Positions 48,445-56,531 of a stretch of 64,000 nt of DNA are shown one piece after another. The position numbers and the translations under genes are program-made. The DNA lies in the NCBI GenBank assembly GCA_964437795.1, contig CAYTIC010000001.1:86864-150863 (forward strand), written 5' to 3'. Under the pieces are notes generated by a model that saw only the letters and a program-made list of their open reading frames with translations, did no database searches and was not told where the DNA came from. The DNA comes from an uncultured Dehalococcoidales bacterium. GTDB taxonomy: Bacteria > Chloroflexota > Dehalococcoidia > GIF9 > UBA5629. Every line of letters begins with the position of its first letter. The stretch's first letter is position 1.

Positions 48445-49705
48445 TTGACCGCCCTTTCCTGACCGACCCAATAGCCTTCAAAACTGCGCCCGTCGCGTCT
48501 CTGACCGACGATCCCACGTCCATCGGCCTTTTCACGCATCCCGCGGCGTAAATACCCGCCAGGTCGGAGACCATAAATCCGCAGGAGTCTTTGCCGGGTC
48601 CGGCGGGCAGCCAGTCCGTCGCTGCAGGGACCATTCCCGTGGCCAGCACCACCATGTCCACCCTTTGCCTGACCATTTTTCCCTGCTCTGTATCCTCAGC
48701 TTCGACGAAAAGGTCGTTTGTTGCGGGGTCCTGCTTTATGCGTGATACCTTCCCGCGAAGGAACGACACCCCTTGCATATCCTGAATCCGACGGTAAAAA
48801 TCCTCCTGCGTACCCTGGGCCCGCAAGTCGATGTAATAGATGGCCACCCGGGCATCCGGATTGTGCTCCTTAATATAAGTTGCCTGCTTAAGCGAAGCCA
48901 TGCAGCAGACGCCCGAACAGTAGGACAGGTGGTTTACGTCCCGGGAGCCCGCACACTGCACGAATGCGATTGAGGATACCTCTTTTCCGTCCGACGGACG
49001 CACCAGGCGCCCGTCACGCAGCCCGGCGCCTGATGCCAGCCTCTCCATCATCATATTGGTGATTACATTGGGATAAACGCCGAAGCCGAGCCGGTTCAGC
49101 CGGGCTGCATCATAAGATTCCCAACCCGTGGTCACTATAATCGATCTGCAATTGACCGTGACCACCTGCTCTTCCATCTGCAGGTCGATAGCCCCGTAAC
49201 GGCAGGCGGAAACGCATTTTGCGCAATCGCTGCCCGTACAGGCATCTTTATCCACGGTATATGTCGGAGGATATGCCTGCACATGCGGCAGGTAAATAGC
49301 TTTAGTGTTGTCCCACCCGTAGTTGAAATCGTTCGGCCTTTGGACCGGGCAAACCGTTTCACATTCGCCGCAGGCCGTGCAATTATCGTTCACCATGCGC
49401 GGCAGCAGCCGGACCGATACCTTGAAGTCTCCCTCACTTCCCTCAACAGCCTCCACCATAGCCATGGTGAAAACCCTGATTCCCCGATTAACCTTGATCC
49501 GCTTGAAATTGAGCTCGAGGCCGCAGGCCGGGGGACATAGTTTGGGGAAATAGCGGCTCATCCTGACGGCCTTCCCTCCCAGGAAAGGCTCCTTCTCAAG
49601 CAGGATGATCTTGTAACCTATCTCGACCGCCTCAACCGCCGCGGCTATCCCGCTTACACCGCCGCCCACTACCAGGATATCGGTTGAAACAGCAGTCTGT
49701 TGCAT
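48434..49705 (-). CDS. qmoA: QmoA-like HdrA-type flavoprotein
   Basis: 423 aa with an N-terminal GGGVSGIAAA FAD motif. HdrA-like with no extra domains. Immediately downstream of aprA. Confidence 0.8.
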   Translation of the reverse strand: MQQTAVSTDILVVGGGVSGIAAAVEAVEIGYKIILLEKEPFLGGKAVRMSRYFPKLCPPACGLELNFKRIKVNRGIRVFTMAMVEAVEGSEGDFKVSVRLLPRMVNDNCTACGECETVCPVQRPNDFNYGWDNTKAIYLPHVQAYPPTYTVDKDACTGSDCAKCVSACRYGAIDLQMEEQVVTVNCRSIIVTTGWESYDAARLNRLGFGVYPNVITNMMMERLASGAGLRDGRLVRPSDGKEVSSIAFVQCAGSRDVNHLSYCSGVCCMASLKQATYIKEHNPDARVAIYYIDLRAQGTQEDFYRRIQDMQGVSFLRGKVSRIKQDPATNDLFVEAEDTEQGKMVRQRVDMVVLATGMVPAATDWLPAGPGKDSCGFMVSDLAGIYAAGCVKRPMDVGSSVRDATGAVLKAIGSVRKGRSNGK

Positions 49706-49720
49706 AGAGCGCCAGCGTTA

Positions 49721-51610
49721 TCAGCCGACCAATGGGATAACGTCCTTCTTAAATACCGACCATTTGCCGGAAGCGGGGTCCCACCTGCAATTGACGAAAC
49801 ACTTCCAGTTGCTGTCGTCCAGCCGGGGTACATCCGCCCGGAAATAGTAGCCGGGCCACCTGGTCTCTTCCCTGAAGAGCACCGAACGGATATGTGATTC
49901 GGCCTGCCACAGCCGGTGCTGGTTTTCCCAGCAGCGCATGAGCTCGTGGAGGTTTTCGGCCGCCAGTTTTTCCGCATCTTCGCGCAGGAAATCCAGCAAT
50001 TCAAGGCCCTTCTCCAACGAGAGCTTATTGGTCGTAAACTGGGTAGTTGCGCCCCCTGCGTACTCATCCATGATCTTCTGCAGCCGTACCATGAACTGCT
50101 TCGGCTTGAGATAATTTTCGCTGACATCCGGATTGTCGGTAAGTTTGCCGTACTGGTCAAACAGTTCAAGCGGTTTGAAAAGGCGTTTCTTAAGCGCTTC
50201 AACCTGCGCAGTATCGATGTTCGGCTGCTCCGGATGATCGACTATATAGGCGATGGATGCTTTAGCAGCGATCCTGCCTTCGCAATGCGAGCCGTCGGAG
50301 AACTTATGGCTGGATGCGCCGGACGCGTCGCCTGCGCAGAATATCCCTTTCACGGTGGCCATACGGTTATAACCCCAAAAATACTCTTTGGGTGACAGGT
50401 CTTCCGGTCCGCTGACCCATGCGCCCGAAGCGCCTGAATGCGAACCTATGAAATATGGTTCGCAGGCCTGTATTTCTGAGGGCTTTTCCTCGGGCTGCGT
50501 ATTGGTCCCCGCCCAGAGAATGGCCTGCGATATTGTCATATCCAGAAAATCTTCCCACGCTTCCGATTCGACCTCTTTCATGCGTTTTCGCCGTTCTTTT
50601 TCATCGCTGATGGCGGAGAGCATCCTGGCAATTGCTTCATCAGTTCGCATGTACATAGGGCCCTTGCCTTCATTTTGGTCCAGCATCATCAGGTAATTTC
50701 GCAGGTTGGCGGGGATGGGCTTGGACGATCCGTACGGCCCCCAGTTCTCCAGGTCTTTCTTGCGCTCCGACATGTAATCCTGGCCGAGCGCATTGGTAGC
50801 TATAGACTTGAAAAGAAGGAACCATGCGCCGACGGGCCCATAGGCGTCTTTGAAACGAACCGGGATAAAACGCACTTCCTGGCACGTCATCTCGCAGCCG
50901 CTCTTCAAAGTAAAATAGGCGCTTGAACCGCTGTTGAAGGGGGGATACCAGCTCCTTCCCTGCCCTTCACCTACCGAGCGGGGCCGGAATATGTGCACTG
51001 CACCGCCCATGGCCACCAGGACCGCTTTAGCCTTGAATATGTAGAACTTGTTCTCGCGTGTGCTGAAGCCGACAGCTCCTGCAACCCTGTCTCCATCGAT
51101 AAGCGGCTCTACTATGAATACCCGCTCATAGATATTATTTTCGCCAATAGTTGCCAGCGCGTTGCGGGCCGCCTCTGCAACAATGTTTTTATACGATTCA
51201 CCGTTGATCATGACCTGCCAGCCGCCCTCGAATACATAGTCGCCTTTATCGTCTTTCCAGATGGGAAGGCCCCACTTCTCGAAGAGGTGCACCGTGCTGT
51301 CCACGTGCCGCGCGATATCGTATACAAGGTCCTCGCGGGAGATGCCCATCAGGTCGTTCCTGACATAGCGCACGTAGTCTTCCGGGGTCTTGTCCCTGCT
51401 CTTCATGCCGACATACATATTGAGAGCGGAAAGCCCCTGTGCGACCGCGCCGCTGCGCTCGATGGCAGCCTTGTCGACCAGCGTCACCTTCAGGTTGTGC
51501 CTCTTCGCCCAGTAAGCGGCTTCGACCGCGGCGCCGCAGGCCGCCATGCCGCCGCCGATGATAAGCAGGTCGGTGTTTACTTCTACCGTCTGTATTTCTG
51601 ACATGAACAA
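49721..51610 (-). CDS. aprA: adenylylsulfate (APS) reductase alpha subunit
   Basis: 629 aa fumarate-reductase-type flavoprotein with an N-terminal IIGGGMAACGAA motif. Has the tight gene order aprB-aprA. Confidence 0.9.
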   Translation of the reverse strand: MFMSEIQTVEVNTDLLIIGGGMAACGAAVEAAYWAKRHNLKVTLVDKAAIERSGAVAQGLSALNMYVGMKSRDKTPEDYVRYVRNDLMGISREDLVYDIARHVDSTVHLFEKWGLPIWKDDKGDYVFEGGWQVMINGESYKNIVAEAARNALATIGENNIYERVFIVEPLIDGDRVAGAVGFSTRENKFYIFKAKAVLVAMGGAVHIFRPRSVGEGQGRSWYPPFNSGSSAYFTLKSGCEMTCQEVRFIPVRFKDAYGPVGAWFLLFKSIATNALGQDYMSERKKDLENWGPYGSSKPIPANLRNYLMMLDQNEGKGPMYMRTDEAIARMLSAISDEKERRKRMKEVESEAWEDFLDMTISQAILWAGTNTQPEEKPSEIQACEPYFIGSHSGASGAWVSGPEDLSPKEYFWGYNRMATVKGIFCAGDASGASSHKFSDGSHCEGRIAAKASIAYIVDHPEQPNIDTAQVEALKKRLFKPLELFDQYGKLTDNPDVSENYLKPKQFMVRLQKIMDEYAGGATTQFTTNKLSLEKGLELLDFLREDAEKLAAENLHELMRCWENQHRLWQAESHIRSVLFREETRWPGYYFRADVPRLDDSNWKCFVNCRWDPASGKWSVFKKDVIPLVG

Positions 51611-51623
51611 TATCCCCCGGATT

Positions 51624-52076
51624 TCAGTCCTTTTTTAACGTCGGTAATTTTTCGATGCCCAGTGATTCTGGCTCAGTGAACAACAGCGGGCTTTTCAATT
51701 CGTCAGCCTCAGGCGCTGTATTAAAGCCCCCGTCCGGAACCGCCGAGCCCTCGGGAGTGGTGCGGGTGCGAAACTTAAAGCGCTTGATGGCGCCGTTTCT
51801 GAATTTCACGGTCCAGATGATGCTGTCGCTGCCTCTCAGAGGTGTAACACTCGCTCCAAGGGGCACGAAATCCGCGTATCCCCTGACGGCTATAGCCTGC
51901 TGAGGGCATATCTTTACGCAGCTATAGCATTCCCAGCACATGGAAGGGTCGCGGTTGAATGCCTTCTGCGTCTCTCCATTCAGGGCCATCAGGTCGTTGG
52001 GACAAATGTACTGGCAGGCTGTCTTATCCTTGCCTTTGCAGCCGTCACATTTACTGATGATTACAAAACTCGGCAT
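51624..52076 (-). CDS. aprB: adenylylsulfate (APS) reductase beta subunit
   Basis: 150 aa starting MPSFVIISKCDGCKG, with CWECYSCVKICPQ. Two 4Fe-4S motifs and the C-terminal tail typical of AprB. Confidence 0.9.
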   Translation of the reverse strand: MPSFVIISKCDGCKGKDKTACQYICPNDLMALNGETQKAFNRDPSMCWECYSCVKICPQQAIAVRGYADFVPLGASVTPLRGSDSIIWTVKFRNGAIKRFKFRTRTTPEGSAVPDGGFNTAPEADELKSPLLFTEPESLGIEKLPTLKKD

Positions 52077-52091
52077 ATCCTTATTCCTTAT

Positions 52092-52916
52092 TTACATATA
52101 GCCCAGGCCGCGCAAGCGTTTCATCATCTTTTCCTTGTCCTGCCGCCGGCCCGCTCTCTCCGTCGTGTGTTCAAGGTCCTGCTCCCAGGCAGGAACGCCC
52201 GGGGCCGCTATGGCGCTGGTGGTCTTTGCTCCCAGCGATCGATAGCCTTTTTCGTACAGTATGCAATAGGGTATTTTAAATACCTGATACGTGTTCCATA
52301 GCTCTCTCTCCGAGAAGTGCAGTATGGGCTTAATGCGCGTATGCTGGGGGATCAGGTAGGCCGCTTCTTTTACCTCGAAATAGTCGTCCTCGGCACGGGC
52401 GTTCTGCTCGTCCCTCCGCAAACCCTGGAAGATCGCCTTGACCCCGTTCTGTTCGATATACACGTTGAACATGACCGTTTTCATCAGGTGATTGCCGGTA
52501 TATGATTCAGCCTCGAAGGGAAATGTATCTTCCTTGTAGTCTATGCGCTTGAGTTCAGCCTGGTTTCTCTCGTTTAAATCCTTGACCTTGACGATGTTAT
52601 TCAGCTTGCCGCCGGCGGCCTTGATAACATCATCGTTGCGCATCCATGTCAGATCCAGCTTCCATTCCGCCGCATAGCGGTCCATGAAATCGTGTATCTC
52701 GTCGAAGGTATCGAACTCGTCTATCGTCATGACTTTGGGGACCTTTATTTTGTCCTCCTGGCAGACCTGGCGAATAATCCACAGCGCAAGCGTGCTGTCC
52801 TTGCCACCCGTCCAGGTGATAGCAAGATCATCCAGCTTAAACTTGCCGAATGACTCCCTGACTATTGCCTTCGACTTGTCGATCAGTCCCGCGCATTCTT
52901 TTTCCATACTGGCCAT
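52092..52916 (-). CDS. CysD-like protein (sulfate adenylyltransferase small subunit / PAPS-reductase fold). No adjacent CysN.
   Basis: PP-loop motif TWTGGKDST, central RRDEQNARAED (compare CysD ARRDEEKSRAKE), and a C-terminus TTERAGRR...KMMKRLRGLGY resembling the CysD C-terminus TTSERQGR...MELKKRQGYF. Confidence 0.65.
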   Translation of the reverse strand: MASMEKECAGLIDKSKAIVRESFGKFKLDDLAITWTGGKDSTLALWIIRQVCQEDKIKVPKVMTIDEFDTFDEIHDFMDRYAAEWKLDLTWMRNDDVIKAAGGKLNNIVKVKDLNERNQAELKRIDYKEDTFPFEAESYTGNHLMKTVMFNVYIEQNGVKAIFQGLRRDEQNARAEDDYFEVKEAAYLIPQHTRIKPILHFSERELWNTYQVFKIPYCILYEKGYRSLGAKTTSAIAAPGVPAWEQDLEHTTERAGRRQDKEKMMKRLRGLGYM

Positions 52917-52932
52917 TATCGGTCCCCCTTTT

Positions 52933-54138
52933 TTACTTTATCCATCTTTTTATCCTTGGTTTGAGCCTGGATTGCAGCCTTACTGTCTCCTTTGAAGACT
53001 GTGCAATATCGTGCAACTCACCCGGGTCGTCCTTGAGGTCATACAGCTCCCAGCGGTCCGGTTCCGCCCTGTAGATCAGCTTCATGTCGCCTTCCCGGCA
53101 GAAATACACATCCTTATTGATGTCGCCGCCTTTGACGCTTTTATTGTCGATGGCCTCACCGAAGGCGCCCTTTTCAACATATGCCCCCACGGGCAGCAGT
53201 GATTGTCCCTGGAAAGACGCCGCCGGATCGATACCGAAAAGGTGGAGAATAGTGGGCGGAATGTCTATGCTGCTGACCAGGCTGGAGCATACACCGCTTG
53301 AATCCGCCCCGTATATCAGCAACGGGACATCGATCAATTCCGCATACAGCTTGTCGTCGTGCGACAGCCCGCCGTGCTCGTTAAACTCATCCCCGTGGTC
53401 GCTGGTCATGATGACGGTGGTGGAATCGAGTATATGCAAATCCTCAAGCGATTTAAATAACGACTGTACGTAAGAATCCACCTCGCGGACGTGCACGTCA
53501 TACAGCCGTTTCAGCAGTGTTACCCTGGCGGGATCCGAGACGTCCCTCTTGAGCAGAGTATCCTCAAACAGCGCATACATCTCGTCCTGGCTGATCTTAA
53601 TTTCGGGGTCTACCATGTCTACATAGCTTCTTTCCGGCATATAAGGCTCATGCACGTCCATGTAATGAAGCCATAAAAAGAACGGAGCATGGTCTTTCTT
53701 CTTTACATAGGACGAAAGCCACTGCACTACCTTGTCATTGATCGTGTAACCCCGCACATATGACAGGCGTTCATCTTCGAGATCGTCGTCCAGGGAGTCA
53801 TAGAACACGTCCCATCCCCGGTCCCAGCCCAGCACGGAGCTGCAATAGGGATTGGAATGGAACCCGGCGGTGTATATGCCGGCTTTTTGCAGTACCTCCG
53901 ATACTATGGAGCGCCGGGGCGCCAAACCTTCGGGCTTACCGTAATCCAGGTAGTACCCCGAGCACAATATGGCGGGAAACGACGCCTGGGTATAAGGACC
54001 GGCGCTCTGGCTCCCGGTAAATACTATGCTGCGGTCTTTGAGGGAGTCGACGAACGGGGTTAATCCCCTGGTATTACCATACAGCCCGAATACATCCTTC
54101 CGGGTTGCATCCAGTGTAATCAAGACAACGTTTTTCAT
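52933..54138 (-). CDS. sulfatase-family (alkaline-phosphatase superfamily) protein, cytoplasmic, lacking the C/S-x-P-x-R formylglycine motif
   Basis: N-terminal VVLITLDATRKDVFGLYGN metal-binding motif. No signal peptide. The expected CxPxR position reads FTGSQSAGPYTQASF. Confidence 0.65.
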   Translation of the reverse strand: MKNVVLITLDATRKDVFGLYGNTRGLTPFVDSLKDRSIVFTGSQSAGPYTQASFPAILCSGYYLDYGKPEGLAPRRSIVSEVLQKAGIYTAGFHSNPYCSSVLGWDRGWDVFYDSLDDDLEDERLSYVRGYTINDKVVQWLSSYVKKKDHAPFFLWLHYMDVHEPYMPERSYVDMVDPEIKISQDEMYALFEDTLLKRDVSDPARVTLLKRLYDVHVREVDSYVQSLFKSLEDLHILDSTTVIMTSDHGDEFNEHGGLSHDDKLYAELIDVPLLIYGADSSGVCSSLVSSIDIPPTILHLFGIDPAASFQGQSLLPVGAYVEKGAFGEAIDNKSVKGGDINKDVYFCREGDMKLIYRAEPDRWELYDLKDDPGELHDIAQSSKETVRLQSRLKPRIKRWIK

Positions 54139-54168
54139 AGTGATAATTGATTGAAAAAGGGGCCGGAC

Positions 54169-55497
54169 TTAATATCCCAGCCGTTTCATCCTTGTTTCCA
54201 TCTTCTTCTTTTTATCGGCGCTGCTTGCTGCCGGACGTGCTGCCTGTGTTGCAGGGGCAGACTGGTCGGTGGCTATTTCGCTGGAGGCCTTGCCCTTCAC
54301 CAGCGTCCCGGCCGTGCTGCCGGAAATCGGCCTTGCCTGGGGGTTGAACGCCTCCGGCCCGTACAGCCTGTTCCACATGTCGAGTTTTTCCGAGTCAAGC
54401 TTTCTGCCCTGCAGTCCCGGGTAGTCCGGATCATAGCGGTGGCAGCGGAATGTGCAGTTGCTCAGGCCGTAAGGTGAAAGGGTATCCCTGTGGTTATAGA
54501 AAGGCACTATATATTCCCAGACGATTTCGCCTGTGGTGGTAACTTCGAAGAAACGCCCCATCCCGCCTTCGCACACCAGCGTATTGCCGTTGGGCAGCCG
54601 TTCACAGCCGCCGATATAGGTCGTATTGAAATCTACGGGGTTCTCTTCCCTGAACTCCCACTCGACCTCGTTGGTTTTGGGGTTCACTTCAACGACGCGG
54701 CTGCCGTCCGGCGGGAAGTAATCAACGTTGTACCTGTTGTTATTGAGCACCAGTATGTTGCCGTTATCCAGCAGCGTGGGGTTGTGCGGCATAGAGAGGA
54801 AGCCTTTTCCCCAGCGCCACTTGAAATCGCCGGAACTCCTGTCGATGATAAAAAGGTTGTCGCAGCCGAAAGAACATAACATGATGTCGCCGTTGGGCAA
54901 TTCCTCGAGTGAATTGAGGCCCACCCATGCCAGGCGCATCTGCAGCGGCGCGAAACAATCGAGCTCGAGGTCGAAGTGCTGATAACCCAGCCATTCCCAG
55001 GCTATTTTGCCCTGCGGGGTGATCTCCTGTATTACGTTGCCGTGAAGAGGTATGTCAATGCCGAGGATGCCTTTAGGAGACACGCCGCCCTGCACTTTGG
55101 CGGCTATTTCTTCCGGAATCGGGACGTACTTCATGATAAGCGTATTGCCGTTCTTGCTGCGCTTGCGATCATGGGCGTCCATGTTTTCATCCTCGTATTT
55201 CCAGACCACATTGCCGTCCCAGTCCAGTTCAACGACGCGTTTTGCCACAGTCGGTATCGATGAAGGAGGCGCTCCCACGTCATCCAGGGCACACAGGATA
55301 TTCCCGTTGGGAAGCAGGTCCGCATGCAGGCGCACCCACCCCGGCAGTTTCCAGCGGTGAACGAAACGTCCCTGCATATCGATCAGCCAGGTATTGCCCG
55401 GTACCTGTGTCATTGGGCTGAACAACGTGAAGCCGGGATATGCTTTGTGTGGTTTATACTCGGTAACCGATTGTAATGCTCTTCTTGCGGATGGCAT
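54169..55497 (-). CDS. arylsulfotransferase (ASST)-like beta-propeller protein with a CysD-like C-terminal tail
   Basis: Repeated NGN[IT]L / DxDGN blade motifs (LPNGNILC, DWDGNVVW, KNGNTLIM, LDNGNILV, LPNGNTLV). A low-complexity linker precedes the terminal ...KKKKMETRMKRLGY. Confidence 0.5.
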   Translation of the reverse strand: MPSARRALQSVTEYKPHKAYPGFTLFSPMTQVPGNTWLIDMQGRFVHRWKLPGWVRLHADLLPNGNILCALDDVGAPPSSIPTVAKRVVELDWDGNVVWKYEDENMDAHDRKRSKNGNTLIMKYVPIPEEIAAKVQGGVSPKGILGIDIPLHGNVIQEITPQGKIAWEWLGYQHFDLELDCFAPLQMRLAWVGLNSLEELPNGDIMLCSFGCDNLFIIDRSSGDFKWRWGKGFLSMPHNPTLLDNGNILVLNNNRYNVDYFPPDGSRVVEVNPKTNEVEWEFREENPVDFNTTYIGGCERLPNGNTLVCEGGMGRFFEVTTTGEIVWEYIVPFYNHRDTLSPYGLSNCTFRCHRYDPDYPGLQGRKLDSEKLDMWNRLYGPEAFNPQARPISGSTAGTLVKGKASSEIATDQSAPATQAARPAASSADKKKKMETRMKRLGY

Positions 55498-55563
55498 ATG
55501 ACATATCCTCCTCTCAGTATTAAAAATCGTTATTGCTGAACTTAAATCTATTACTTTAAATGA

Positions 55564-55576
55564 GGATTGGCAATAC
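55564..55576 (-). promoter_or_regulatory. 13-bp motif GTATTGCCAATCC (copy A), 67 bp upstream of the ASST-like start. Shared with the MFS promoter region.
   Basis: Exact 13/13 match to 56469-56481, in the same orientation relative to the downstream gene. Both copies are followed by CATT(T)AA. Confidence 0.45.
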
Positions 55577-55693
55577 TCAGGCCGTGGTATTTTAGAAAAC
55601 GGTTGTGGCGTGGACCGGCATCACTATGTAGCGGGAAACGGGCTGCCGGAACACTGATTCAACTACTATCGGAGTATTATGCGGGGGAACAGG

Positions 55694-56335
55694 TCAATAA
55701 TGAGCTATCAGCCAGGCCGCCGCTTCACCGCGTGTGTGCAGACACACCTTCTTCATCACGTTTCGCATATGCACTTTGACCGTATTCTCCGATATCGAGA
55801 GCGTCGCAGCTATATCCTTATTGACATGGCCTTTGCCGACCAGCGCGAGGACTTCCCTCTCCCTGTTAGTCAATAACGGCACACGGACATGCACCTTTTT
55901 CTGCAGGCTGTCGAACGTATGCAGTACGCTGTTTGCCATTTGCGGGGAAAGCACCAGCTCACCGTCGGCGATCAGGGTAACGGCCTTCACCAGGTTTTCA
56001 AGGGTTATGTCCCGGGTTACATAACCGGACGCTTCGTGATGAATAATCGTGCCCAGGTCCTGTTGCTCTTTGGGCCATCCGAACACGAGTATTTTCACAT
56101 CGGGCATGTCACGGTGGATAAGCGATATCACCTCGTCATAGGTACAGGCCCTTATCTCGGAGTCGATCAGCACCACATCCGGCTTTTCGCGCTGGGCAAT
56201 TTTGACCACCTCGAATCCCGTGCTGCATACTCCCACGACGCGGATGGCCGTGTCGGATTCCAGCAGTTTCGGCAACGCTTTACAAATAATGTCCATAGTA
56301 TCGGCAACTATGAGCTTTACCGCTGTGCTAACCAA
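55694..56335 (-). CDS. LuxR/NarL-family response regulator (REC domain plus LuxR-type HTH)
   Basis: The C-terminal LTNREREVLALVGKGHVNKDIAATLSISENTVKVHM is a LuxR HTH. The track ORF starts at a TTG at 56395. A better start is the TTG at 56335, which has an AGGAGG RBS 8 nt upstream and gives MVSTAVKLIVAD... Confidence 0.7.
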   Translation of the reverse strand: MVSTAVKLIVADTMDIICKALPKLLESDTAIRVVGVCSTGFEVVKIAQREKPDVVLIDSEIRACTYDEVISLIHRDMPDVKILVFGWPKEQQDLGTIIHHEASGYVTRDITLENLVKAVTLIADGELVLSPQMANSVLHTFDSLQKKVHVRVPLLTNREREVLALVGKGHVNKDIAATLSISENTVKVHMRNVMKKVCLHTRGEAAAWLIAHY

Positions 56336-56468
56336 TCTGCTTTCCTCCTGCCGTTCAACGACAGCATAATACCATGGTATTAGTGGCGTAAACAATATGT
56401 CAAGTAATATGTATGACGTTACAGGTTATATTGACTTACATTCAAATTCTCAATCTAACCCCCTATTG

Positions 56469-56481
56469 GTATTGCCAATCC
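56469..56481 (+). promoter_or_regulatory. 13-bp motif GTATTGCCAATCC (copy B), about 51 bp upstream of the MFS transporter start
   Basis: Exact 13/13 match to the reverse complement of 55564-55576. Confidence 0.45.
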
Positions 56482-56531
56482 CGCCATTAAGGTTTAGATT
56501 TTATTGTAAATCGGGGAGACAGGAGGGACAT

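Noticed and set aside
47717-48448. 243-aa plus-strand ORF inside qmoB, with similar antisense ORFs in aprA (49916-50395, 50993-51601) and in nifS (10866-11339, 11340-11930)
   Set aside because: They sit entirely within well-supported conserved genes on the opposite strand and have Pro/Arg/Ala-rich composition characteristic of antisense frames in high-GC coding DNA.
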